Of a DNA stretch of 64,000 bases, positions 25,358 through 38,370 are shown in pieces. The notes under the pieces were generated by a model. The model did not search any database. It worked only from the letters and a program-made list of their open reading frames with translations, and was not told the origin of the DNA. Source of the stretch: Anthoceros angustus (lineage: Eukaryota; Plantae; Anthocerotophyta). Numbering within the stretch: position 1 is the first letter of the stretch; each line of letters begins with the position of its first letter. The translations under genes were made by a program, and so were the position numbers. The stretch covers positions 1,178,001-1,242,000 of the forward strand of contig MU008161.1 of the NCBI GenBank assembly GCA_010909165.1, read 5' to 3'.

Positions 25358-25608
25358 AGCTCTGTTGTTGATAGAATTCGAAGGTAACTCCTGTTCTCTG
25401 CTTTTCATAGATCTGAAGGCCTGGAGAATTGTGTCCACTCAAGGAATGTTAGGTTGTCTGTAGAAGAGATTTGGATTCTACCGAGCTCTGTTGTTGATAG
25501 AATTCGAAGGTAACTCCTGTTCTCTACTGTTCTTAGATCTTGAGGCCTGGAGAATTGTGTCCACTCAAGGAATGTTAGGTTGTTTGTAGAAGAGATTTGG
25601 ATTCTACC
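25358..25608. repeat. ~125-bp tandem duplication
   Basis: GAGCTCTGTTGTTGATAGAATTCGAAGG...GGATTCTACC occurs twice. Confidence 0.9.
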
Positions 25609-26174
25609 TTCTCTCAATGCAGCGTGCTCTGAATAGCGCATTTGTGCGCTAGTTGATATTAGATATGACGGCCATGAATGCTCTTGCAGGTGCCACTCTT
25701 TTGATTACCCGATCTCGGCATTCTCCAAGAATTCGAATAGTAGACAAAGCCGGGCTCTGATACCATGATTGTGTTTGTAGGCAGGGATGCGTACAAAGTT
25801 TATTCATCGAATAATTGAAAAATGAAAAGACTACAAAATTGGTTCATTGTGTGCCTTTTATATTCAACCTAATAATGCTTGGCCTCGACCTTATTTGTCC
25901 TTTACTTAACTAGAGGTTGGCTTTATCTCCAACAACTAAGTTCCCCTCAAACAAGCTTGTACCAGAAGGACCAACACAAGAAGGGCTTCCATCAAAACAA
26001 TCGTATAGATACAAGGCTTGCACTCAAAAAGGCCTGCAGTGCACAAGACTCTAGTTCAACAGCCTACAAAGACCACATCACGGGCAGATCCCACGCCCAC
26101 GGCGTGGCCCGCCCACCGCAGTACATTGCCTCCCGGCTACTCCTGCACACCCTGCACAATGTGGTCAACGCTAG

Positions 26175-26237
26175 GTGCAGGGCCAAATGTGCCAAGTGCA
26201 GGGCCAAATGTGCCAAGTGCAGGGCCAAACGTGCCAA
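26175..26237. repeat. 21-bp tandem repeat x3
   Basis: GTGCAGGGCCAAATGTGCCAA repeated. Confidence 0.9.
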
Positions 26238-28378
26238 AATAAATTGTGTATGTGTGCACTGCCGCGTGTAAACATGTGTAAGTGGTGATCGTAACTCTAA
26301 AACCCTCAAGAACAAAACTTTGCATGACACAATGGGAACACCAGGCCAAAAGTGTGTGATAGAAAGTTTTTTGCCTACATACGACCCTACCCATGATCTG
26401 GTATATATTATACTTGTATTATACGAAGGAATCTTGAAGATATCGTGGTATATTTGAGTACAGCAAAAAACACAATGTCACACACACGATGGCTCGTGAT
26501 GAGAATGGTATTCCATATGCAACTATGATGAAGATGAATAAATGTCTTAACTTATAACTTTTAGCTTATTACCTAATTGTATATGTTTTTATTAATAGGT
26601 ACTTAAAATGTAGGAATGTACATACGTACTTGGGAGGTGTGTAAAAAAATCATGTTGCAACGAGTACCCTTGCCTATAGGCTATTGCCTATGCCGCCAGT
26701 GGCAGTGGGACAGCGCAGATAATAATGCGTGTGTCAGGCACTAAATAGCGCGCGTCCTCAAGCGGGCATTAGAAACCAGCCACATTTATCGTTTACCTCT
26801 TTCCCGCCGCCTTCATCCCTTCCCCGTGACACGCCCGGTGCACCCAGGCTAGCCATGGCTGCCGCACCCTGCGGCCCGGCCCCGCAGCCACCGGACCTCG
26901 GCCTCCGCCAAGCCTGTGCTGTAAGGGAAGCCTGACGCAGCGACCCCTTTCGCTTGTTGGACGTTTTGCGTGCGCGATCGAGCGGCCGAGCGGGCCGAGC
27001 AAGCCGATGCTGCTGCCGCGCGTGACCCGAGCTTGCCATGAGAGGTGTGTGATCTGGGGCGGTGCAATTGGAGGGGGCAGGTGGAGCAGGCCGCGGTGAC
27101 GATGACGCGGGCCGCATTACCGCTCCCGCGCGTCGCTGTTAATCAGCCGCTGCACCTTTTCCTTTTCCTTTACATGATGTGTGCTTGATGCCGCCTCCTT
27201 AACGCGTCTTACCGATGGCTTTCGTGCTTTCAGCATTCCAGGACGCAGCTGCTTTCCGGGGGAAGAAGCAGTTAGCCGTTACGGCTCTCCTTCTCATCAA
27301 ATTGCTGTGCGCATTTTTGCTCAACTCCTGAGCTGAGCTAGCTGAGCGAGCTGAGAGCTCACGGCAGCGAGCCTCTCTGTCGGAAGTGCGGCTTCAATTT
27401 GGCACAGCAGGAACTCTGTTGGTAGAGAAGGGGAAGAGTGGAGCAGAGCGGCCCGCGCCGTCCCGTGGCTCACGAGGGGCGTTGCTTCCTAAGATTATGC
27501 TCCATTCTGCGGTGTGTCAGATGCTGGCTCTGCGTGCGCGTTTCCTCTCCCAGGACGCTCCCGGTCCGGTTTCTTGGCTCCGAGCTGAAGGCGTATTGTT
27601 TGCGCGTGGGGGGAAGTGGCAGCTGCTGCCTCATTGTGGAGTGTTTTCTGTCTTTGGGAGGCTGCACAGCCGTTGAGAGTACACCTCCACTCATCACCAG
27701 CATTTGGAAGTCGGCCCGTACTTGTCCGCTTTGTAACGGGCGGAGTCTGGATTGCTGGTGGCTGTTGATCTGCCAGTCCGCTTCCTACACTGCACTGCAC
27801 TGCACTGCTCTGCACTGCTGCTCCTGGCCGCGACCAACCGTCCCGCTTCCTTTGCTCTCTCTCAGCCTGGGATTTGCTGTAACGAAGCATCTTCTGCGGG
27901 TGACGACACTTCTTCCGCAAATTCCTTCACTCAAGGACAGGTTTCCTCTGTTTTCTACACTTTCGCTCAATCGGTGTGCTAGGTAGGCCGTATGATTTGA
28001 ATCGGGTGGCAGCTCCTTGGCTCGCGTGTGTGCAAGTTTTTCTTTCATCTCTTTCCTCTCTCTATTCCCCATGCTTCTCGTCCTGTTTCCTCGAATTGTT
28101 CGGCTTCTGTCCCACGATTGAGACAACCATGTGCAATGCTGCTGGGAATTTGAATGCACTGAGCCCGAGACGCCATCCTTTGCATCCTGCGCTTGGGTAT
28201 CTGGCAGGGAAGAAGGCCAAGTAGTGCGGCACGGAGCGTTTGGTCAAGGCACCTCTGCCCTTAAGGGTGTTCCGACAGCCACCCAGCCATGGCCTTGCTC
28301 TCGCTGCTCCCAAGCTGATCGGCGGCAGGGCTTAGTATCCTGCATTCTGTGTTGCTGGAATTATTGGCGTGTGTGAGC

Positions 28379-30592
28379 ATGGCAGCTGGTGCTTCTTTCT
28401 CGAGTGTGTCGGCCTACGGAAATGCGCTTTTCCACACACCTCAGAGGTTGTGGCTGAGAGCCACAGCTGTGAGCTCTCCGGCTGAGGAGCTTGGCCTTGT
28501 CCAGCAAAACTCGGGAGCCGAGATGAGGAGGAAATTGCAGTGGTATGATTTAATTGCGTTGGGGGTGGGTGGTATGGTTGGAGCTGGAATTTTTGTCACC
28601 ACTGGTACTGCCGCCAACATTTATGCAGGGCCTGCTGTAATTATTGCCTATGTCGTTGCTGGTATCACCGCACTCCTGTCTGCGCTATGCTACTCCGAAT
28701 TTGCGGTTGAGATTCCTGCTGCCGGTGGCGCTTTCAGCTATCTGCGCATTACATTTGGTAGGATCGTGTTCCTCGTTTCGGGGAAGTGTGGGCCGTCTCC
28801 CTTGCGCTTGCAGAACGTAGGCCTCCACTCGTCTTCTTGCTCTCCTTGAATTGATCTGGATATGACATCATGCTTCTGTTGTGCACTACAGGGGAGTTTG
28901 CAGCCTACTTGACTGGGGCAAATCTGATTTTGGAATATGTTGTCGGAAACGCTGCTGTAGCCCGCAGTTTCACGTCCTACTTTGCTACAGTGTTTGGAGT
29001 CTCGAATGCAGATGCTTGGCGTATCTATGTCCCAAGTTTTGTGGCAGGATATGACTCGTTGGACATCCTTGCCGTGGGGTTTGTTCTCCTACTCACTGTT
29101 GCTATCTGCTACAGGTACACTCTTCGTCTAAACCTAATGCCTTGGGTTTGTTTGTCTATCCAGTAAAGAGCTGATGCCTACAATGTCTATTGCAGCACCA
29201 AAAACTGCAGCACCTTCAACTTTCTGGTCACGTTGCTCCATCTGGTATTTATCGTGCTGATTATTGTATTGGGCTTCGCGAGAGGAAGACTGAGCAACCT
29301 GTACACACCGGGGGATCCTTCAAAGGCTGGTGGATTTACCCCTTATGGAGCAAGAGGGATTTTCAATGCTGCCGCTATTGTTTTCTTTAGCTACATTGGA
29401 TATGACGCGGTTTCCACTCTGGCGGAGGAAGTTCAGAGTCCAGCGAAGAACATGCCTCGAGGCATTACAGGGTCCGTCATCATAGTGACCATTCTCTACT
29501 GTCTTCTCGCGGCAGCACTGTCTGTTCTTCTGCCGTATGACCAGGTAATCGTGCACTGTCCGTCTCACTGTTACTGCCATGACGCCTGCAAGTATCGTGC
29601 AGCAGTGGGGTGATCAATATTTGGTTGGCTGTTTATCAGATAAATCCCGAAGCATCCTTTGCTGCAGCATTTGAGAATGTGGCGGGCTGGAAATGGGCAT
29701 CCAATTTTGTGGGTGTGGGAGCCTGTCTGGGAATCCTAACTTCCATGCTGGTAGGAATGCTGGGGCAGGCCCGATACATCTGCGTTATTGGCCGTGCACA
29801 TGTGATTCCTGTCTGGTTTGCCCAGATCAGCCCGGAAACTGGCACACCTGTCAATGCAACTATTTTTCTTGGTAAGCCTGTTATTTCACTGGTCACATGT
29901 CTCAGCTCACCTAAGTTCCTGCAGATGCTGTCCGTGCCTTTAGATGCGAGAGCATGTGCTGATGATTACTGAATCGCGCAGGATCTGTCACAGCTGTCAT
30001 TGCTCTCTTCACTGACCTGCCAACGCTTCTTAACCTTATATCCATCGGAACACTTTTCGTATTCTATATGGTTGCCAGTGCTCTTATATTCCGCCGTCAT
30101 GTTGTCTTGGGGAAGACGAGTGCATGGCCCACAATTATTTTCCTGGTTCTGCTCTCCACCAGTGCACTGGGATTCGTCTGTTTCTGGCAGCTGGAAGAGC
30201 TACATCTCTGGGGCCTAGGGCTATTCGGTACATCTGCCGTTGTGTTGACTGCAGGCTTTTCATATTGTGTGCCTTGCGTGCATGTGCCTTCAGAATGGGC
30301 CCTTCCTCTGATGCCGTGGGTTGCTGCGGTCTCCATTTTCCTCAACATTTTTTTGCTTGGATCGGTAGATACAGAGTCATACATCAGGTTTGGTGTGTGG
30401 TCACTCGTGGCAGTCTTGGTGTATGTTTTGTATGGCGTACACGCGTCATATGATGCAGAAAGCTATAATCTCAAAGGCAGCCTGGATGGCGAAGGGATGG
30501 AATTACATGTACATCCTGGCAACAAGCTTCTTCTCAACGCACCAAACGGGCCTGCCATTACCATTTTTGTTACTAATCCGGGGGTAGAGTAG
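28379..30592 (+). CDS. CAT: Cationic amino acid transporter (APC family, CAT6/7-like); exons 28379-28757, 28892-29114, 29196-29544, 29640-29871, 29982-30592
   Basis: GVGGMVGAGIFVTTG, ALCYSEFAVEIPAAGGAFSYLR, FFSYIGYDAVSTLAEE, C-terminal W.LPLMPW...SYIRFGVW; canonical GT-AG introns join in frame. Confidence 0.93.
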
Positions 30593-31262
30593 CGCAATTT
30601 AGGCTTCATTCAACCTCAAGCTTGTCCCTGATGTCGGTGAATCTTGATCTAAAAGACCGCCCTTGCCAAAGTTGTATATCTTTCAGGAGGACAGGGAAGA
30701 TGGTGGATTCGGGCGTGGTGGGTGAGATGTTGATGCTGGATTCGATCCCGCTCGGTGCTGCCTGCGTGCCCACAGTCGTGAGGACAGGAGTGCGAGGCGT
30801 GGAGGGAGACGTTGGTTCGGTCTCAAACTCAAGACGCCTAGCGCAAACATTCCTCGATAGCTCGGATGTTTGTAGATGGCCGATATTTTCATCTGGCAGA
30901 ACTGTACAGTCAGGCTTGTCCAGATTGTGGTCATTCAACTTGATCTCGACCTTCAATCTGTGCACCACGAACACCACTACACATGGGAAATCAGCCACCT
31001 CCACAATGATCTTCAATCTACACACCTGGCAGAAAAAAGCCATACACCAGGAGAAGCAGCAGCAAGCTCAGATGCAGATGCCGCCTCCGTATCAGACGTA
31101 AAAGAATGGAGTACATGTTCCACCCGCTGGCTGCTGTGGTGTGCAAAAATGCTCACTGCTCATAAAGCCCACGCTTGGGGGGTGCGCCTCTTCCGGCTCT
31201 ACATTGTGCTGATGCAGTTGTCAGCAGGGAATTACAAACTGCTATACAAGCAAGCTGCGCAG

Positions 31263-32015
31263 CTAGCTGCTGGCACCACCTTGGGCCTCTTCCAATTTGG
31301 CAACATGAGCCTTGAGAGTAAGCACAAGATTCCTGGCCGGACCCTGGAGCGTGGCCACGAGGTTGGAGGAGGGGCTTTTGAGAGATCCCAACAGCTTGGA
31401 ATAGATTTCGGCCCGGCTGGGCATGGTCTCCAGGGTCTTGAACTCCTCCGGCGAGTAGAACCTGCCCTCGAAGACGGCACCAGTGAAGTCATTGGCCTCC
31501 AGCTTCAGCTCCTTCTGCATTGCGCGGAAGGGAGAGAGGGCGGCGGGAATCTCCTCACTGTGCACAAACAGCCAGGCATTCATGCCCGTCATGCAGGGCC
31601 GCAGGGCCTCCCAAGGCGTGCCCTCGATGGCCTTGCCAATCAGCTTGTTCTTGGCCACCACTAGCTTGGAGGACTCCGGAAGCGACCGCCGCAAATCCTG
31701 CAGCTGCTTCACTGTCAGCCCGCTGAACCTGAGGCCCGCCACAAGGTAGCATCCCTCCAGCTGCTGCCGAGCCATCTCCACTGTCTCAGCCTTCTTAGTC
31801 TTGCTGATGGCCATCATCCGCACGCCATTAGGTTTGGCCTGCTGCTGCCTCCTTGTTTTGGCTGCAACGGGACCAGCTGGGTTCTGCCGGCATCCCCAGA
31901 AGTCGCTGCGAACGGACATCCACTGCCGTGGTGGCGAGGGAGACGAATCCACATTGTGCCGCAGAGAGGCGCAAGGCGAGCAACCCTGTACAGTTATTCC
32001 CACGGCCATCGCCAT
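31263..32015 (-). CDS. RPL10: Plastid 50S ribosomal protein L10 precursor, single exon
   Basis: Transit-peptide-like N-terminus, then AISKTKKAETVE...GLTVKQLQDLRRSLP...VAKNKL...GMNAWLFVH...LETMPSRAEIY. Confidence 0.95.
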   Translation of the reverse strand: MAMAVGITVQGCSPCASLRHNVDSSPSPPRQWMSVRSDFWGCRQNPAGPVAAKTRRQQQAKPNGVRMMAISKTKKAETVEMARQQLEGCYLVAGLRFSGLTVKQLQDLRRSLPESSKLVVAKNKLIGKAIEGTPWEALRPCMTGMNAWLFVHSEEIPAALSPFRAMQKELKLEANDFTGAVFEGRFYSPEEFKTLETMPSRAEIYSKLLGSLKSPSSNLVATLQGPARNLVLTLKAHVAKLEEAQGGASS

Positions 32016-32297
32016 TCACCTTCGCCCTTCTGGACTCTCGACAGTGGATAGGGACTCAGCGGTCCGCTTGCAACCATTCAACGACTTACGATCCCGAATG
32101 CGGCAATTGGTACTAGATAATTTGGTGGTGACCAGTCGAGACAATTACATTTAATATGACCTACAATTTGTAGCTGTAGGTGCGCTCTACTGTACGTACA
32201 TTTGTATGTAGGTAGTTACTCCCTATCTAGTAAACTACCTCAAAAGGCACCCTTGACTTACAGCGTGGTTACCGCTTAAATTCTAATTCCCACCTAT

Positions 32298-34566
32298 CTA
32301 ACCTGATTTTGCAAGTGGACCTTCTCTGTTTTGCAACATCAAGTCTGCGTATTCATCCGATGCCACCCAATCCAGTTTTGTTGCAGCCCGCGTTGTGCTT
32401 GGAGATGTTGCCAGCATCCGGGCATACTTCAGGCATTTCACGAAGCGTCCTAAGTCTAGGCTGACATCTTGGGCTTCCATATACGTGATTCTTCTGAAGT
32501 CCCAACTTTCAGAGGCAACGGTTTCAGCATCTGCGATGACGGGATCACTGATGTTGTGAACTGAAATCAATGTGCTCTCTTGTGGTTTCACCACGTATGG
32601 TAGGTATCGTAGGCCCATTTGGATAGCAGGCTTGCCGTAGTATTGAGAAGCAGGCTCCTCAGTCCCAATAGGGATAATCTGAATAAACACCGCACCAGGC
32701 TTCATGAAAAGGATGTGGGTAAGAGCCGCACCGTGCACTCCCAACACAACATCAGCAGAGTTTACTGCGTGGAAAATCTCTGTCAAGTCATTCTGATCTG
32801 TCGGTCTGAGGATTGCCACATTGAAGCATGTCTGCCTGGCCAAGTCAACCACTTCCTCTACATTGAGGATCACTCGATTGTGCAGGCGATCCAGAATGGC
32901 GAGTTTCACTCTTGGCTTGAGACATTCGTACTTGTTCAACCGTCCAGACCTCTTCCACTTGAGCTTCGCATCCTCCCTGCCACTCGGATTCTTGAAAGCA
33001 CGAACAAGCATCTTCTGAAATCCCTGGATGCTTTGCCCATCAGTCGACAGGCGGGGGTTGATTTCTAGCTCCCCGTGGACAAGAAGACCAAGCTTGAGGT
33101 CATTGAAACAGTGAATACGTTCGTCCGCCTGAAAATCGATAGGCTCGTATTTGCTAAGCTGGCTTATTATGCTGGAGTATTTTCTGATCCACCAATCTTT
33201 GTAATCTGTGATCAGGAATTTCACTTCCCCTCCATAGCGGTGTGAGCTGATGAAGAGAGGAATGAGGACGTCGTTGAAGTCGTGGTAAACGTTTCCGGAA
33301 AAGCCACCAGTTGAGAACAAAAGTGCCGGTTGCACATGTCGAACTTCACAAGGATCATTGTTTGTAGCGGATGGATACTCACTCCGCAAGCTGACTTGCT
33401 GCACTTTCTCCATGCTGCTTTCCTCCCACTTTCGAGGATACGGTCGGATAGTCTGTCTCCCTTCCAGTGCGTGATCAACAGTGTAGAGCATGCATCTGAA
33501 CTCTGCTCCACCTCTCACGCGGACGTCCCCTCGCATGTGGCAGATATCTGCACGAAAATGCGAGCGATTACACGAAAATACCACATCTCCCGTTTCACCA
33601 GCTTTAAGAACTCTGCTCCCATTTCGATGTTTGAAAGAGTGTGACGCTGGATTCTCCTTGACTTTCCGGAGGCTGCTTTCTTCAGTACGGGGTATGTCCA
33701 TACCCTGATCAGGTGCAAGCTCTGCTCATCAACAATTCAGGGTTAGTTGGACTGCGACCTTGTAGAGTGCCTGACTCCGTGAACACTCACCAGCAACTAG
33801 AATGAACAGTTCAAGGGTTCAAGGTTTGCGCAGTGAAACATGTAGGTAGTGAACACATGTATGCTAAATGAATCGACACGCCGGAGGCGACTGTCTTCGA
33901 AGAGGATTGGCTTCGGGTGATCGAATTTTCCAACGAAAGAACAGTTCAGCTCACCCGGGGATGTTTGAGTTTCATTCCGAGTAAATCCATTGTCTGCCCT
34001 GGAATTAGGTGCACTCTCAGTCTGAGTGACATAGTACGCATCACGATAGTCGTCTAGATCGTCGCTGATCTGTTGCGGTTCTTGTGGCACCTGAGTATCC
34101 GAATTTGGGTACCACTGATGAAGGTCCAATGCAGAGGATTTAAAATCTACTCCTCCAGCTGGCTCTGCAGCTGATATCCCCGGAATGGAGGCGGATTCTC
34201 TCCTGAAATCAAGAGGCTCTTCTCCTCCACCATTTTCAGAGCTGATCCACCGGGTTAGCTTTGCATTGTCATCTGCAAAACGAATTGCGGCGGAGACTAA
34301 ATGTCTTACAAAATCTTACTTCCAACTCTGTTCCACCACCGGCTTGCGCACCAGTCTGTTTCGAGCAAAATATTGTACCAACACGAGGACATGAATTCTT
34401 GTAACTGTGCAGAGCTGTTTTACTTACAGGTGACTAGTAGATATTTGTTAGCATATACACCATTCAGGGCCAGGTACGCGACTAACAGTGCCAGTGACAA
34501 GTGCCATACATGCCTAAACATGAAGCCTCTGACCCTGGCTGAAATGTTTCGAATCCGGGGCGTCAT
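32298..34566 (-). CDS. Glycosyltransferase family 61 (xylan arabinosyl/xylosyltransferase-like), multi-exon
   Basis: Signal-anchor exon 34566-34428; large catalytic exon ~33705-32298 with IRPYPRKWE, GNVYHDFNDVLIPLF, GVHGAALTHILF. Internal stem exons approximate. Confidence 0.88.
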
Positions 34567-36202
34567 GGCTCGTTTTTGCCTGCAAATGCCAGAACGAGAT
34601 ACATGTGTGCTGAAGCAGAATTTCACAAGCAATATGTCACCATCCTTGTAAGCAAAGACCAAATGCAAGGCACACTCACGAGTCGACGATGGAGCGAGTT
34701 TGCGAGAGAAACCTACCGGAGCACGGCCAGATTGAAAATGAATAGGCTCCCGAATCATAGAATCATACAGAACAAGCAGCGAATAGGCTCGCAGCTCCAA
34801 TCGAGCCTGCTAGGCTCTCACTTCTTCCTCTGCACCGGCACCCAGGCCAGATCATGTGCGGAGGCTCACAAAGATCGGCAGCTGAGCCAGGATGTAGATA
34901 TATGATACCGTGGAACATCCTACGGTTTAGCAGGTGGTCTAGATTTCAAAGCTGGGCCGAAAAAGGAACCGGGCTAAAGACTATCACCTAATTACAGTAT
35001 ACCATATTAATATTAATATTTATTGGAGTCATGAACAGGCAATGTAAATGTTGTCAGTCTCACGCCCTTTGGAGGTCCCTCCACAGACCACCGCTACAAT
35101 GGGAAGGTCCCCACCTGTCAGAATGTTTGGTTTGCGTGATCACATGTTTGTTGGGAGCGGAATGCAGGCGCTGGGTATCAGAGGTGGTTCGTTTTCGAGG
35201 AAGCGCTACCAGGAGAAGGCTACCATGAAGAAAACGTACGTCCAGTTCTGCAGTACCCTAATTATTTCGCGTTCTGTCTGGAAATTCGAGTTGCCACCGC
35301 TTGCAGACGATAAGGTCCAGGGAGGTCCAGTTCCTGCTTATCTTCTGGACCGTCAGCACACTACACGAGCTAAGGTGTGTGTGCTTAGTTTTCTTCACCT
35401 TTAAGCTGGGAGCTAGTGCGGAGGGTTCCAATTTGTCTCTCATCTCTGCAGGTTCTTAAAAACACAATCAAGCAGGAGCAGAAAGACATGGCTGGGAAGT
35501 GGGATATTCCTCTTCCTAAGCCATGTTCACCACAGGTATCAAATGGTGTGTAACACAGACTCGGTGTGTCACACAATATAGCTGGGACATAGTATAAGGA
35601 GCATAATGGAGTATTGTGTTTTCCTCGAGCGCCTGACTCCATGCTGGTGCGGCCTATCTCTGAAGATGAGATGAGATTTTTTCTGCCTTGGCAAAAGGGA
35701 AAATTAGTCCGTTTATCCTGTGTGAAAGATGTAGACTCGTAGAGTGTGCTGGTACCGGATTCGCATTTTCTTGTGTCATGTGCTGATCTGTGGTGATGTT
35801 GTGTCCATCCAGTGAAACAGTGGAGGCGTTTGGTGTCGAAGGTGACAGTCGCAAGGAAGCCCCCAACGCACTAGCGCTGCATAAAACCTCTGTTTCACCA
35901 AAGCTCTTGTCACCACCCAGAGCTGAAATGTACTTTCAAGGTGAAGATTTACCATGTAATCCATGCTCTCCTCTCTTTTACTTTCCTGTCAAGGGTTGTG
36001 TAAGCTGCTCTAGTCCATCTGCAGTTCTTGTTTTGTCTCTAGCCAACCATGACAGTTCGGTGGCCCGAAGGCATTTGGCTGCAGTCATCGGGTTGCTCTG
36101 GAGTCGACTTCTTGATGGCGGGAGTGTTTTTCCTCATGGTGCCATCTGTCTTTGTTTCACACACACTCATGTTTTCGCCTGGGTGCCTTTGGGGTCATGC
36201 AG

Positions 36203-37540
36203 TAAAGCCGCAGCCAAGGAGCAGGAGACGATTGATGCAATATTCCGCCTGTATGCTGAAAAGAGTGACTAAACTTGCATGGGGTGAGATCAAGAAGACA
36301 ATAGTGCCCGTGGTAAATGGTGTCCTTTATATGGAAACTGTGGATACTGTTATCTCATGTTGTTTGGCGGGTTCTTATTCTTTAGCAGACCCGAAGGGAT
36401 AGAGGCACTCTGTGAGGACCTTGGTGTTTCACCAACAGATGTTCGGATAAGCCTGGTAGCTTGGTAAGAACCTGAACAAGCCATGTGGCTTCACGTGGCA
36501 TGTGTTCTGTTTTGATTTGGAGCCTGACCCTAGTTGGGACGTGACAGAAAACTGCAGGCAGTAACTTCACCTTGGTGAGTATAGTGGTAGGTTTTGGTGA
36601 GGATACCAGCTTGTGCAAGGGCCACGTGGGCTGAGTAGCATCAAATTGCCCCAGGATGAATGGCATCGTGGCTTGAGAGCAATGTGAGTAGACTCTATGG
36701 GAAAATTGAAGAAGGCTCTTCGAGCATTACAGTAGGAGGTTAGAGCTGGATCTACCTCATGCAGTCCATGCCATACTTGAGGGAACTCTCTTCTGAAGGA
36801 CCTGGGCAGAGCTGATCACCTTGTTGCTCCTGATCTGGAAGTGGTGGGCTAATTTTAACTTGCTTGACGTGCAGGTGTCAGACCCGATGATGTTCAAGGA
36901 CTTCTACACTTTTGCATTCCAATACAGCCTGACAGGTGGCCGCTGTCACATGCCGTCTGTTCTTGTTTGCAAGCTGTTTCTCTGATTGTCTGGCTGGTCC
37001 GTTTCTGATTCACCGGACTATCTGGAGACTCATCTCTATCTTTTCTTTCCCGTGACGCTACATAATCCCTACAGAGCCTCTATGAAAGACGCTCGACTTG
37101 GAGACTGCCTGCTAAATGCTTGAGCTGGTTATGAGCGATCGTCAACACTTGGCCTCTTTTGTCCAGTTTCTCACGGTGACTATGACTCCTCATAACGCAG
37201 CGTTGTTTGATCTTGCTTACACACGATTCACTGACTTTTGCTTGTCAGTAGTACTTGCTCTTCACACCCAACATGTGTAGAGCAACCAACCGAATACAAG
37301 GCCTTCAAATTGGTCAAGTGAACGGTTTTTTTTTCCACTCTGTGAGCAGGTGAGTGCTTTTGGCGTGTGTGTCTTCACCTTACCGTGCGCACTATCCTCT
37401 CCTCTCCACTCATCAACTGTCTTCACCTGTCCCTGTGCTCCATTTTGCAGATAAGACCTGAGCTTGGAAACTACGATGCAGGTCGGGATTGGCCGTTGCT
37501 GTTGGACAACTTCGTAGGCCCCAGGGCTAGAAGGGCATAA
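36203..37540 (+). pseudogene. DCN1-like (defective in cullin neddylation) pseudogene with introns
   Basis: Exon fragments IDAIFRLYA, DPKGIEALCEDLGVSPTDVRI, EWHRGLRAM*VDSMGKLKKAL, FKDFYTFAFQYSLT, KTLDLETAC*ML, WPLLLDNFV; in-frame stops at 36685, 36733, 37113, 37319. Confidence 0.82.
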
Positions 37541-38169
37541 CGGAAGGTAAGCGAGTGCTACGTAGTCTCTTAGTGCGAGACGAATATAGATAGAATAAAG
37601 ATATGAAAAACGCAGCGTTGGGGCAGTCTTGGTAGGTACACAATTTATACGTAGTCAAATGGATGTGCAGTTTCTGAAACGTAAGGAGTTGGGGGATTTA
37701 CAGTGCTTGCTTCGCTAGCGCCCTGTATGTGTGTCCGATCGAGAGTTGTGTATTCTGTAAGGGTGACATAGCGGGGCATCCGTGCATGGGGTATCGTCAC
37801 ATACGAGCTCCAGTAGTGCCCGTTTTTAGTTTTTAGCTGTTAGTTGTTAGTTTGGGGTCTGAAGTTCTTTCTCTCTCAATTTTTTTTTAAGTTTTTAAGT
37901 TTTAGTTGTTAGTTATTAGTTTGGGGTCTCAAGTGTTCCATCTTCACATATCTTTTAGACGCCCTTTATCCCTGCTCGTGTTCAGGTGCTCTTTTTCCCT
38001 GCGAAATGCATATTTTAAGTTGCGCAGGATTGGCTTTATATTTGCGGCCTTTTTGTGTAGAGATTAGAGGGGCGTTGGATTGGCTTTATAATTGCGGCCC
38101 TTTTGTGTAAAGATTGGAGGGGCGCCTTCATATTGCACTAAATGTTATCATTTCTTTCTTCGAGAAAAA

Positions 38170-38370
38170 GAATGATTATGTATCTTGTTCTTCAACTTCG
38201 GCAGCTGGTATGTATCTTGTTCTTCAACTTCTGCAGCTGGAAAATCGATCACATCCATGATTATGTATCTTGTCCTTCAAGTTCGGCAACTAACTGGAAG
38301 ATCGGTCACATCCTCATTCACGTAATCAATATGAGGTATTACTTCATCCATAGTCTCCTCCCAATTTGAA
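38170..38370. repeat. Degenerate, internally triplicated copy of ~40025-40135
   Basis: ATCGGTCACATCCTCATTCACGTAATC and flanks occur at ~38300 and ~40060. Confidence 0.75.

Larger units (their letters stand above)
24298..26480 (-). mobile_element. Truncated Ty1/Copia element: putative 5' LTR (25766-~26480), PBS (25754-25765), leader ORF and gag N-terminus
   Basis: Exact tRNA-Met PBS; ORF 24298-24606 WKVVDG..KKP...N..ALALL...L resembles the Copia gag N-terminus. Right LTR end is tentative (AAACACAATGTCA). Confidence 0.62.

Noticed and set aside
22968-25765. Endogenous caulimovirid suggested by TGGTATCAGAGC sites
   Set aside because: Two sites abut TG...CA LTR-like ends and a Copia-like gag follows; no movement protein, coat protein or viral RT seen.
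30876-31664. 262-aa plus-strand ORF
   Set aside because: Largely antisense to RPL10; no independent domain signal.
36685-37321. Stops repaired by U-to-C RNA editing
   Set aside because: Such editing is organellar; one stop is TGG to TGA and some exons look deleted or frameshifted, which editing cannot repair.
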